A stretch of DNA of 64,000 bases from the NCBI GenBank assembly GCA_963555825.3, contig CAUVXB020000001.1:1536001-1600000 (forward strand). Reading direction: 5' to 3'. Positions 23,225 to 31,763 of this stretch are shown in pieces. The stretch is from Alphaproteobacteria bacterium (GTDB lineage Bacteria > Pseudomonadota > Alphaproteobacteria > JAAXGF01). The notes beneath the pieces were generated by a model. The model did not search any database. It was not told the origin of the DNA and worked only from the letters and a program-made list of their open reading frames with translations. Position numbers and translations under genes: made by a program. Position 1 is the first letter of the stretch. Each line of letters opens with the position of its first letter.

Positions 23225-23298
23225 TGGGGGATAGTTTAACGGTAGAACTTTCGGCTCTGACCCGAACAGTCCTGGTTCGAATCCAGGTCCCCCAACCA
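23225..23298 (+). tRNA. tRNA-Gln (CTG)
   Basis: Acceptor TGGGGGA/TCCCCCA, anticodon arm TTCGG-CTCTGAC-CCGAA, GGTTCGAATCC, encoded CCA. Confidence 0.96.
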
Positions 23299-23907
23299 AA
23301 CTTCTATTTCAAGGACAGTGCGCTAGGTGGGCGGGTGGCGGCGTAGCCTCGCCTCCCGCTTAAAGAGCGACAAGGCGTTACGCGGACCGATCGAGACCAC
23401 TTGGGTGGTTAGCTCGGTTGATCACCGAAATACAGGACATTGTAGTTCGATCCGCAGGCAATAACCGTGGCGACGCCTTGGTGAGCCATGTCGGCGCGGT
23501 ATTCCACGTCGAGGGTCATCACATGTCCGGAGATGTCGACGACATTCACGTCGTCGATCGCCTGAAGCGTGATCGCTATGCCATCGTGCGCCTGGCTGCG
23601 CCGTATCGGGTACATCTTATCCGACATTCCCCAGATGACATCCAAATTCGCGGAACTCGTACCACGGCCCCATCTCCAAGGGAACTCTGTTCCCATTGCA
23701 GCCATCCGATGACATGATTTTGGTAATCGGCCAGCGCGTGGAAGGCCATTTGGTCGTTTCTCTTGCCATCCAGACACACCTCTCGTGTCGCAATCTCCTT
23801 GCCGTCGATTCCCTCGGCCTACGCCGGAGCGGGTCTTCGTCGTAGTGAGGTGGTCCCACTTTGTTGGACAGTTTGGCAGCGCGGTTAAGGTGTATTCCGT
23901 TGTTTGA

Positions 23908-24837
23908 TCATGCTGCCAAAATCCTTTTTATCACATCCTGTTGCTGTTGTTGAGCCTGTGGGGATGTGGGCAAGGTGCGAGCCTTGTCCATCATATCCAC
24001 AGGTTGACCGGCCCCGTAGGCCTCGGCCGGCGTTTGACCGTCGAGGGACGAATGGGGCCGCTCGGTGTTGTAGAAGCCGATCCACTCGCCGATGACCCGT
24101 TCGGCGTGGAAGCCGTCGGTGAGCTCGTGTAGGTAGACCGCCTCATACTTGAGAGACCGCCACAGGCGCTCGATGAAGATGTTGTCCATGCAGCGGCCCC
24201 GACCGTCCATGGAGATGCGGATGCTCGCGTTCTTGAGCACGCCGGTGAAGTCGAGGCTGGTGAACTGGCTGCCCTGATCCGTATTGAATATCTCCGGCTG
24301 GCCGTAGCGGGCCAGCGCGTCGCCCAAGGCCTCGGCGCAGAATCCAGCGTCCATGGTGTTCGACAGCCGCCAGGATAAAACGTGGCGCGTCGCCCAGTCC
24401 ATGATCGCTACCAGGTACAGAAAGCCACGCTGGACGGGGATATAGGTGATGTCGGCGCACCAGACCCGATTGGGCTGGTCGATAGCCATCCCTTTGAGAA
24501 GATAAGGATAAATCCGGTGCATGGGATGCGGCACGCTGGTTCTCGGCGCCTGATAGATCGCCTCCAGGCCTATCAATCGCATCAACCTGCGAACCCGGTG
24601 ACGGCCGACGCAAACGCCGTCCCGCCGCAACTGGCGGACCATCTGGCGGCTGCCGTAGAACGGGTACTTCATGAACAACTCGTCGATCCGACGCATCAGC
24701 GCCAGACTCGAAGGGCTCTCCCCCCTGGGCGCATAATAGAACGAGGACCGGCCGATCGAAAGCAGGCGGCATTGACGGCTCAAGCTCAGCTCGGGGGCGT
24801 CGCGTGTGATCATCGCCTTGCGCTCCCCCCGGCTCAT
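23908..24837 (-). CDS. IS3 family transposase OrfB (DDE integrase core)
   Basis: YGSR, WCADITY, NTDQGSQF, DNIFIERLWRSLKYE, YNTERPHSSL. Confidence 0.93.
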   Translation of the reverse strand: MSRGERKAMITRDAPELSLSRQCRLLSIGRSSFYYAPRGESPSSLALMRRIDELFMKYPFYGSRQMVRQLRRDGVCVGRHRVRRLMRLIGLEAIYQAPRTSVPHPMHRIYPYLLKGMAIDQPNRVWCADITYIPVQRGFLYLVAIMDWATRHVLSWRLSNTMDAGFCAEALGDALARYGQPEIFNTDQGSQFTSLDFTGVLKNASIRISMDGRGRCMDNIFIERLWRSLKYEAVYLHELTDGFHAERVIGEWIGFYNTERPHSSLDGQTPAEAYGAGQPVDMMDKARTLPTSPQAQQQQQDVIKRILAA

Positions 24838-25115
24838 CGCTTGAGCCCTCTGGCTAAAAAATCCCGTTCCACCGTCAGCTCGCCGATCTTGGCGTGAAGG
24901 TCGCGGACCTCGGATTCATGATCCCGGCAAGCGCGGTTGGCGCCGTTCGAAAACACTTCGCCCAGACCGTCCACCGCCTGGCGCTTCCAGGCGCTCACCT
25001 GGTTCGGATGCACCTTGTGCTTGGCCGCGATCTGCTGGATCGTCTTGCCGCCCCGCAGCGCTTCCAGCGCCACCCGGGCCTTGAATTCCGCCGTAAACCG
25101 GCGTCGATTCGTCAT
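24834..25115 (-). CDS. IS3 family transposase OrfA
   Basis: RRRFTAEFKARVALEA..IAAKHKVHPNQV..WK HTH; slippery T TTT TTA at 24861-24855 near the orfA/orfB overlap. Confidence 0.92.
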   Translation of the reverse strand: MTNRRRFTAEFKARVALEALRGGKTIQQIAAKHKVHPNQVSAWKRQAVDGLGEVFSNGANRACRDHESEVRDLHAKIGELTVERDFLARGLKR

Positions 25116-25179
25116 CTCGTATTCCTCCGTTATCCGGTGGAATACACCTTAGCTCCCTATCCGATTTTCTGGGACCACC

Positions 25180-26508
25180 TCATAGATCATCAATCAGGCT
25201 CAAGATTTTCTGGGACAAGCTTCTTGGGACTGCAACCTCGGCCAATTGAAATGTGACGTACCGGCCATGGCTGACAACTTTCGCACCGATCTTGACCAGC
25301 TTCTCCCTCAGCGTCGTCAGCGACCATTGCTCCACGGCATCGGGCAACGCCAGGGTACGCATGAAGTTGCCGAGGTTATAGGCGAGTGCATGCAGCTGGA
25401 GCCGGACGGCATTGTTGCGTAACGAACGGCATGACAGCCGCGTCCACTTGATGGCGTTCTTGCCTTCCTTGATCCATTGCTCGGCAGTGCCGCGCTGATT
25501 GTAGAACGCAACAACCCGCTCGGCAGGACGGCTCAGGTTGGTGACGATGAAGCCGACGCGGGGATACAGTTCCCCTGAGTGCCACTCCACCTTGGCGACG
25601 ACCCGGCGGGGCTTCGTCCAGCTACCGGCCCGATAGCTGAAGTTCGCGTAATACCGACGAACTTCCTTCGGCGGCCGACCGACGGGGCGCTTGAGCAGGT
25701 GCGCGATGCTGTCGTGCAGCACCTTGTTGGCCGGAAGCCGGATGGCGTACTTGAAGCCTTCCGCTTCCAGAAACTCATAAACCTCGGGCGAGGCGAAGGC
25801 GGCGTCACCACGGAAATAACGCCGGAGTGTCTTGTTCCGGTATCGAGCGACCACCGGGTCCAACACATCGCGCCATTCATGGGCGCTGTGCACGTTGCCC
25901 GGACGCAGGGCGCAACGCTCCAGATCGCCGAACTGGTTGAACACGAACAGCGGGTGATAGCACGTGCAGCCGAAGTGACCGTTGTAGGCCGTGCCCTCCT
26001 GGTCACCGTAGGTCGGGCTGACGGAGCTGTCCATGTCGAGCACGATAATCTTCGGCGGCTTGCGCTCGTTAACCTGGTCGATCCAGATGCCCAAAAGGTC
26101 AGCGAGCGCGGCGAGGTTGTCATTGGTGGCGAGTAACTCCGTCTCGAACCGGCCCATCTGGCTGGTCGATGCGCCGCCGCGCTCGACAGCCCTGCCGCCG
26201 ACGATCCACCGCATCGCAGGATCGCGCCCCAGCCGGTCGGCGTCGTTCACGTCCTCGTACCCGGCGAGACGACCATAGACGGATTGGCGAAGGAGACCGA
26301 TGATGCCGTGCCAACCGTTCTTGCCGGTCCGGCTGTCAGCAATAACGTCACCGGCCAGCGTGGTCAGGCCGAGGGCTTCGTCCAGTTCACGATAGGCGAG
26401 CAGACCAGCGTCTGACGTGATCCGCGAACCGTGGAACTCGAACTTCAGTCTTCGGTCGAAAAACGCCCGCAGAAGCCCCCGATCCGACTCACCCTCCAGG
26501 TTCCGCAT
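25180..26508 (-). CDS. IS1380 family transposase (lacking its last 7 residues)
   Basis: ITSDAG, GYEDVND, LDMDSS, YHPLF, RGDAAF, YNQRGTAEQWIKEGK; native tail RRRPAPA* lies at 23819-23845 beyond the IS3. Confidence 0.93.
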   Translation of the reverse strand: MRNLEGESDRGLLRAFFDRRLKFEFHGSRITSDAGLLAYRELDEALGLTTLAGDVIADSRTGKNGWHGIIGLLRQSVYGRLAGYEDVNDADRLGRDPAMRWIVGGRAVERGGASTSQMGRFETELLATNDNLAALADLLGIWIDQVNERKPPKIIVLDMDSSVSPTYGDQEGTAYNGHFGCTCYHPLFVFNQFGDLERCALRPGNVHSAHEWRDVLDPVVARYRNKTLRRYFRGDAAFASPEVYEFLEAEGFKYAIRLPANKVLHDSIAHLLKRPVGRPPKEVRRYYANFSYRAGSWTKPRRVVAKVEWHSGELYPRVGFIVTNLSRPAERVVAFYNQRGTAEQWIKEGKNAIKWTRLSCRSLRNNAVRLQLHALAYNLGNFMRTLALPDAVEQWSLTTLREKLVKIGAKVVSHGRYVTFQLAEVAVPRSLSQKILSLIDDL

Positions 26509-27218
26509 TCGACCCACCCTCCGTCTGATCTAATCCACTGATTCTTATACAGGAATCAGACGGAAACCGCATCAGATGGATCGGTCACTTGGGGAATGCG
26601 GGCTTATAGTAAGCGGCCAGCGCTTCCTTCATCGCGGGCCGCGCCGCGTCGTCCGGGACCACCGGCTTGCACTGGGCATCGCGCACCATGAATGGCTGCG
26701 CGCCGCGGAACGTCAAGTCACATTCCTTCGTGACGGCGGCCCGCTCGATGGCCTCCGCCTGGCCCTTTATACGCGCATACTCGGCTGCTTTAGGTCCATC
26801 GCCGGCCTCGATAAAGAGTAGGGTCGGCCAGAGCCAGACAAGACCAACACCCATTTGCACCACATCGACGTTAGCCTTCAAATTCAAAAGATCGAATAGC
26901 TCGCCCGTCCTGGCGGAAACACGCCGCGCCTCCATGGCGAGTCGGTCGCAGCTGTGATTTTTGTAAGCCGCCTCCGAAACATACTGCGATGGAATCGTTT
27001 CGGGTTGCGACGCGCAAGCCGCGGAAATAATCAACGATCCGAATGCCACGTATCTCAGCATGGCGCTCATCGATTTTCTCCTCGCCAAGACTTTTCAATT
27101 CCGGCGCGTACTATAGCGGTGGCCTCGAAGCCGAACAACCAGGGCCACTCGAACCATGCCCGCTGGCGCAGTAGGCATGTGCTTTCGTCGCGCGGGGATC
27201 GATCGGAGGGCGGAATTC

Positions 27219-27315
27219 ATGACGGTCGCGATACTCAATCCGGGCGCGATGGGAGTGACGGTCGGCGCGGTGGCGGCCGGTGGCGCTTGCGTGCTCTGGG
27301 CGTCGGAGGGGCGCT
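27219..27315 (+). pseudogene. N-terminal fragment of an NAD(P)-binding oxidoreductase (DUF1932-type)
   Basis: GGAGG RBS then MTVAILNPGAMGVTVGA...VLWASEGR, after which the resemblance is lost. Confidence 0.5.
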
Positions 27316-27411
27316 GCCCACTCGCCCGGCGGGCGTGTGCTATATTCGTGCCTACCCTGGCCGCCGCCGGCCGGCCGTGGCTCGCCGATCGGAACCATGG
27401 GAGGCGCGATC

Positions 27412-27825
27412 ATGAAGCGGCTCGTATTCGTTTCACTATTGATTTTGCCCTTGGCGATCACCGCACAGGCGCAGGATGACGTGAGCGTCGAGAGCCTGCC
27501 TCCGGTTGTCGTCGAGACGGTTCCGAGGGCCGGCGACACCGATGTCGATCCGTCGATCGGCGAGGTCCGCGTCACCTTCAGCAAGGACATGATGACCGAG
27601 GACATGTGGTCGTGGGTGATCCACACCAAGGAGTCGTTTCCGAAGATCGCCGGTGACGTGAGATACCTCGCCGATGGCAGAACCTGTGTCTTGCCGGTCA
27701 GCCTCGAGCCGGGCACGACCTACGCCATCTGGTTCAATTCGCCGAACTACAAGCACAACGCCTTCAGGGACCTGGGCAATAACCCGGCCGTGCCCTATCT
27801 GCTGGTGTTCCACACCGGCAACTAG
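27412..27825 (+). CDS. Small secreted Ig-like domain protein
   Basis: Signal peptide; PPVVVETVP..GDTDVDP....VRVTFSKDM...LEPGTTY...FRD.GN.P. Confidence 0.78.
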   Translation: MKRLVFVSLLILPLAITAQAQDDVSVESLPPVVVETVPRAGDTDVDPSIGEVRVTFSKDMMTEDMWSWVIHTKESFPKIAGDVRYLADGRTCVLPVSLEPGTTYAIWFNSPNYKHNAFRDLGNNPAVPYLLVFHTGN

Positions 27826-27861
27826 GCCGGCCTCCTCCCAATGGACAGGCGCGGCACGGCG
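27822..27861 (+). repeat. Truncated relative of the terminus of the 21418-21959 element
   Basis: ATGGACAGGCGCGGCACGGCG (27841-27861) matches the reverse complement of 21918-21938 at 20/21, and is likewise preceded by a CTAG that contains a stop codon. Confidence 0.65.
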
Positions 27862-27896
27862 CCTCTGTCGCGGCGCCGGCGCTCCTCTCGTAAGGC

Positions 27897-28940
27897 TCAA
27901 CGCCCCTCGACCACCGTCTTGACTGCGGCGGCCGCTTCGGCGACCTGCTCTGTCGTGACGTCGAGGTGGGTGACGGCGCGGATCAGGCCCGCGCCCATCG
28001 CGCCGACGCGCACCCCGTGGTCGGCGAGGCGTTCGGCGACCTGTGAAGCGGTCAGGCCGGTGCCGGCGACGTCGAAGAAGACGATGTTGGTCTCGACCGT
28101 CTCGGGGTCAATCGCGATGCCCGGCAGCTCCGCCAGGCGATCGGCGAGCAGGCGCGCGTTGGCGTGGTCCTCGGCCAGGCGCGCGACGTTGTTCTCCAAC
28201 GCGTAGACGCCGGCCGCCGCGACGATGCCGGCTTGGCGCATGGCGCCGCCGATGCGCTGTTTCCAGCGCCACGCCTGGGCGATGAAGTCGGTCGAACCGG
28301 CCAGCACGCCGCCGATCGGACAGCCCAAGCCCTTGGAGAGATCGATCCAGACCGAATCGAACGGCGCCGCGTAGTCGTGCGCCGCGACGCCCGAGGCGAC
28401 CACCGCGTTCATCAGCCGCGCGCCGTCCATGTGCATGACCAGCTCGTGGCGCGCCGCGACGCCGGCGACCGCCTGAATCGCTTCGAGCGGCCAGACCGTG
28501 CCGCCGCCGAAATTCGAGGTTTGCTCGACCTCGATCATGCGTGTCTCGGGCGTGTAGCGGCCATGGTCGCGGATCGCCGCCTCGGCCTGTTCGGCCGAGT
28601 AGATGCCGCGCGCGCCGTCGAGCGGGCGCAGCATGACGCCGGCCAGCGCGGCCGGCGCGCCGGCCTCGGAGTTGATGATATGCGCGGTCGCGTCGGCGAT
28701 GATCTCGTCGCCCTGGCGACAGTGCACCAGGATGGCGATCTCGTTGCACATCGAGCCCGACGGCAGGAACACGGCGGCTTCCTTGCCGGTCAGTTCGCAG
28801 ACCATCTCGCACAGCCGGTTGACCGACGGGTCCTCGCCGCGCTGTTCGTCGCCGACCGGCGCCTCGGCGATCGCGCGGCGCATCGCCGGCGTCGGGCGGG
28901 TCTGAGTGTCGCTGTAGAGGTCGATCCGGTTGGCGGTCAT
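27897..28940 (-). CDS. Low-specificity L-threonine aldolase family PLP enzyme
   Basis: IDLYSDTQTRP, GEDPSV, PSGSMCN, HMDGARL, DLSKGLG, GGAMRQAG. Confidence 0.9.
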   Translation of the reverse strand: MTANRIDLYSDTQTRPTPAMRRAIAEAPVGDEQRGEDPSVNRLCEMVCELTGKEAAVFLPSGSMCNEIAILVHCRQGDEIIADATAHIINSEAGAPAALAGVMLRPLDGARGIYSAEQAEAAIRDHGRYTPETRMIEVEQTSNFGGGTVWPLEAIQAVAGVAARHELVMHMDGARLMNAVVASGVAAHDYAAPFDSVWIDLSKGLGCPIGGVLAGSTDFIAQAWRWKQRIGGAMRQAGIVAAAGVYALENNVARLAEDHANARLLADRLAELPGIAIDPETVETNIVFFDVAGTGLTASQVAERLADHGVRVGAMGAGLIRAVTHLDVTTEQVAEAAAAVKTVVEGR

Positions 28941-29043
28941 TCAATTCATCCCTTGGTTGGCTCATGTGCGGCGCGCGTGGCAGAGTAAGGCGCGAGGCCA
29001 GGGAATCAACCCCCGTGCCCACGGCACCGCCAGGAGGACACCG

Positions 29044-30108
29044 ATGAGCGCCACGACATACCCGAACTGGGACGAGTTCATGCGCACCAGCTTCGCCGCG
29101 GGAAGAAAGTTCCCCCTGATCGCGCCCGAGACGCCGAGCTTCATGTGCTTGCCGCACGCGACAACGGCGGCCGAGCTCGCCGGCTGCGACGCGGTGATCA
29201 TCGGCGCGCCCTATGTCGCCACCACCAGCGACGTCTACGCCGGCGTCTCCAAGCACGAATGGGTCGCCGGGCCGCAACGCGTACGTCAGCAGTCGGCGCG
29301 CTACCGTTCGGGCTATATCCAGGACTTCGACCTCGACGTCTTCGAGCACGTGAAGGTCGTCGACTACGGCGACGCGGTGCTGCCCGACGGCATCAACGAC
29401 GTCCAGTCGCCCGAGATGATCCTCGAGGCGCAAGCGGCGGTCGAGGCGATGTGCGGCGACGCCATCGAGGCCGGCGCCGTGCCCATCGTGATCGGCCAGA
29501 ACTCGCCGCTCGGCTCGTTCGCCATCGCCAAATCGGTTGCCGAGCACACCGACGGCATGGTCGGCTGCATCAGCCTGGACACCCACTGGGACGCCGGGCA
29601 TCTCGATCGGATGACCGGCGATCCGCGCATCGCCGGCAGCGCGAGCTGGAAGCACAAGATGTACGAGTTCCTCGACAATATGCACGAGCGCCACCTGGTC
29701 GAGATCGGCGAGCGCGGCATGCTCGAAAACAAGGACATCGTGCGCCACTACCTGAAGCAAGGCGCGCGCTTCATCTCGTCGTGGGAGGTCCGCTCGGGGC
29801 TCGGCATCGAGGGCGTCGTCAAGGCGCTCGACGGCGCCTACGACGGCACCGATGGCGTCTACGTCCACTTCGACATGGACGTGCTGGGCGGCGCCGGCCC
29901 GGCGCCCGGCGATATTCTCGGCGAGCTCGCCGAGCCGATCGGCCTGACCGACTACGAAGTCAGCCGCATCGCCCACGAGATCGGCCGGCGCGGCCTCTCG
30001 GGCATGTCGTTCATCTGCATCCCGCCGGGCTCGGCGGTCGTCTATCGCACGATCGTTTACGTCATCATGTACCTGCTGGCCGGTCTCGCCATGCGGAAGG
30101 CGGCCTGA
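29044..30108 (+). CDS. Arginase/agmatinase (ureohydrolase) family protein, divergent
   Basis: GAPY, GP..VR..S, DYGD, LDTHWD, HFDMDVL, EPIGL. Confidence 0.85.
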   Translation: MSATTYPNWDEFMRTSFAAGRKFPLIAPETPSFMCLPHATTAAELAGCDAVIIGAPYVATTSDVYAGVSKHEWVAGPQRVRQQSARYRSGYIQDFDLDVFEHVKVVDYGDAVLPDGINDVQSPEMILEAQAAVEAMCGDAIEAGAVPIVIGQNSPLGSFAIAKSVAEHTDGMVGCISLDTHWDAGHLDRMTGDPRIAGSASWKHKMYEFLDNMHERHLVEIGERGMLENKDIVRHYLKQGARFISSWEVRSGLGIEGVVKALDGAYDGTDGVYVHFDMDVLGGAGPAPGDILGELAEPIGLTDYEVSRIAHEIGRRGLSGMSFICIPPGSAVVYRTIVYVIMYLLAGLAMRKAA

Positions 30109-30109
30109 C

Positions 30110-31288
30110 ATGGGCCACGATGGCGTCATGCGTGGCTTCCCGCCGCCGCCCGAGCATCAGGTGACGCTGGCCAACTGGCGCGAGGCTGGTTTCAATCGCT
30201 GGGCGTTCCATCATGTGCGCGAGGTCCTGCCGACCGCGAATGTCAGCCGCGGAGACGGCGCGCTATGCGAACTGGCGCGCCGGCCGGTCGACTGCGACGC
30301 CGTCGCCTTCGAGGATTCGCGGGGCGGCGAGACGACGATCGGCCGCTTCCTCGCCGACAGCGCGACCGACGGCGCTATCGTGTTGCACGAGGGCCGCGTG
30401 ATCTTCGAGCGCTACGACAACGGCATGACGCCCGAGACGCCGCACATCCTGTTCTCGGTCACCAAGTCGGTCGCCGCGACGCTGACCGGCATCCTCGCCG
30501 ACAAGGGCGCCGTCGACCCCAACGCACCGGTCACCGATTACGTCCCCGAGATCGAGGGTTCGGCTTACGGTGACGCCACCCTGCGCCACCTGCTCGACAT
30601 GACGGTCGGCATCCAGTTTGTCGAGGATTACGAAGACCTGACGGGCGACACCGCGCGATACCGCTTGGCGGCCGGATGGGTGCCCGGCCCAGGCGTGTCC
30701 GAAGGCCTGCGCAAATTCCTGCCGACGCTGCCGAAGGCCGGCGAGCACGGCGACGCCTTCCACTACGTCTCGCCCAACACCGACTTGCTCGGCTGGGTGC
30801 TCGAGCGCGCCACGAACACGCCCTTCGCCGAGCTGTTGAGCCGCGAGATCTGGCGGCCGATGGGCGCCGAACGCGACGCCTATATTGCGCTCGACCCGTT
30901 CGGCGCGCCGCGCGCGGCGGGCGGGTTGTGCGTGACGCTGCGCGACCTCGCGCGCTTCGGCCAGATGCACCTCGAGCACGGCCTCGCGGGCGGCCACCAG
31001 ATCGTGCCCGCCTGGTGGCTCGCCGACCTGCGCGACAACGGCGATCCGGCGGCCTGGGCCAAGGGCGGCTACGAATCGATGGCCGACTGGCGCTATCGCA
31101 GCAAATGGTACGTCGCGCCGGGCGGCGCCTATTGCGGCCTCGGCATACACGGCCAGACGGTGTTCGTCGACCCGGCCACCAACCTGGTCGCCGCCAAGTT
31201 CTCGTCGCAGCCCTCGGCCCTCGACGAGGCGCTCGACGCGACCGCCTTCCGAGCCTGGACGGCGATCGGCGAGACGCTGAACGGGTAA
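30110..31288 (+). CDS. Serine hydrolase, NylB / beta-lactamase class C-like
   Basis: FSVTKS (SxxK), RHLLDM, FHYVSPNTDLLGW, RDLARFG, GIHGQ. Confidence 0.9.
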   Translation: MGHDGVMRGFPPPPEHQVTLANWREAGFNRWAFHHVREVLPTANVSRGDGALCELARRPVDCDAVAFEDSRGGETTIGRFLADSATDGAIVLHEGRVIFERYDNGMTPETPHILFSVTKSVAATLTGILADKGAVDPNAPVTDYVPEIEGSAYGDATLRHLLDMTVGIQFVEDYEDLTGDTARYRLAAGWVPGPGVSEGLRKFLPTLPKAGEHGDAFHYVSPNTDLLGWVLERATNTPFAELLSREIWRPMGAERDAYIALDPFGAPRAAGGLCVTLRDLARFGQMHLEHGLAGGHQIVPAWWLADLRDNGDPAAWAKGGYESMADWRYRSKWYVAPGGAYCGLGIHGQTVFVDPATNLVAAKFSSQPSALDEALDATAFRAWTAIGETLNG

Positions 31289-31382
31289 AAGCGGTCGCGG
31301 TACGGATTGTCCGGCTCGCGTCGTCGGTCACTGGCGAAGGTTTGAATCAACAGGAGGATGTTACTGACCGCGAAGCTATGCT

Positions 31383-31407
31383 ATATAACCTAATAATTAG
31401 GCTATAT
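31383..31407. promoter_or_regulatory. AT-rich palindromic operator upstream of the wHTH gene
   Basis: ATATAACCTAAT-A-ATTAGGCTATAT, 11/12 inverted match, ending 26 nt before ATG 31434. Confidence 0.65.
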
Positions 31408-31433
31408 GATTGAATATTGAGGTTTGATATCGC

Positions 31434-31763
31434 ATGCTCGATGCGCTCTTCAGTAGCAAATCGGCGAAGGCGGTCCTGCTGTTCCTACAGACCTATGGTG
31501 AAGGCTACGGTCGTGAAATGGCCCAGACTTTCGGGATTCGCCCCGTTCAGGTCCAGAATCAGCTCAAGAAGTTCGAGGCCGGCGGCTGGTTGGTAAGCCG
31601 GTCGGTGGGCCGCACGCGGCTGTATTCGTGGAACCCGCGAAACCCACTGGTCGGGCCATTACGCCAATTCCTGCAGGCCGCGATCGACACGCTACCGGAC
31701 GACGAGGTCCGCGCCTACTACAGGCAACGGCGCCGTCCCCGGCGAGCCGGAAAACCCTTGTGA
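31434..31763 (+). CDS. Winged-helix DNA-binding protein
   Basis: LDALFSS...VLLFL...GYGREMA......VQNQLKKFE.GG.LVSR.VGRTRLY; basic C-terminus RRRPRRAGKPL. Confidence 0.82.
   Translation: MLDALFSSKSAKAVLLFLQTYGEGYGREMAQTFGIRPVQVQNQLKKFEAGGWLVSRSVGRTRLYSWNPRNPLVGPLRQFLQAAIDTLPDDEVRAYYRQRRRPRRAGKPL

Larger units (their letters stand above)
23846..25182 (-). mobile_element. IS3-family element (1337 bp) nested in IS1380 copy A
   Basis: IRs TGAGGTGGTCCCA / TGGGACCACCTCA plus inner TAAGGTGTATTCC boxes; 3-bp duplication TAG at 23843-23845 and 25183-25185. Confidence 0.94.
23621..26602 (-). mobile_element. IS1380-family element copy A (1642 bp once the nested IS3 is removed)
   Basis: IRs CCGACATTCCCCA / TGGGGAATGCGGG; 5-bp target duplication CTTAT at 23616-23620 and 26603-26607. 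Confidence 0.92.
23409..27070 (-). pseudogene. Lipoprotein gene split by IS1380 (5' part 26603-27070, 3' part 23409-23620)
   Basis: Lipobox-like SAAC; removing the IS and one CTTAT copy restores ...ALAAYYK-MYPIRRSQAH...YFGDQPS* in frame. Confidence 0.82.

Noticed and set aside
23225-27100. Integrative element or prophage at tRNA-Gln
   Set aside because: No integrase, no duplicated tRNA 3' end found, and no phage genes; only IS elements are present.
28108-30129. Long ORFs antisense to or overlapping real genes (also 16817-18514, 18946-20598, 32426-34342, 61201-62961)
   Set aside because: Shadow frames caused by high third-position GC; the overlapping frame carries recognisable protein motifs.
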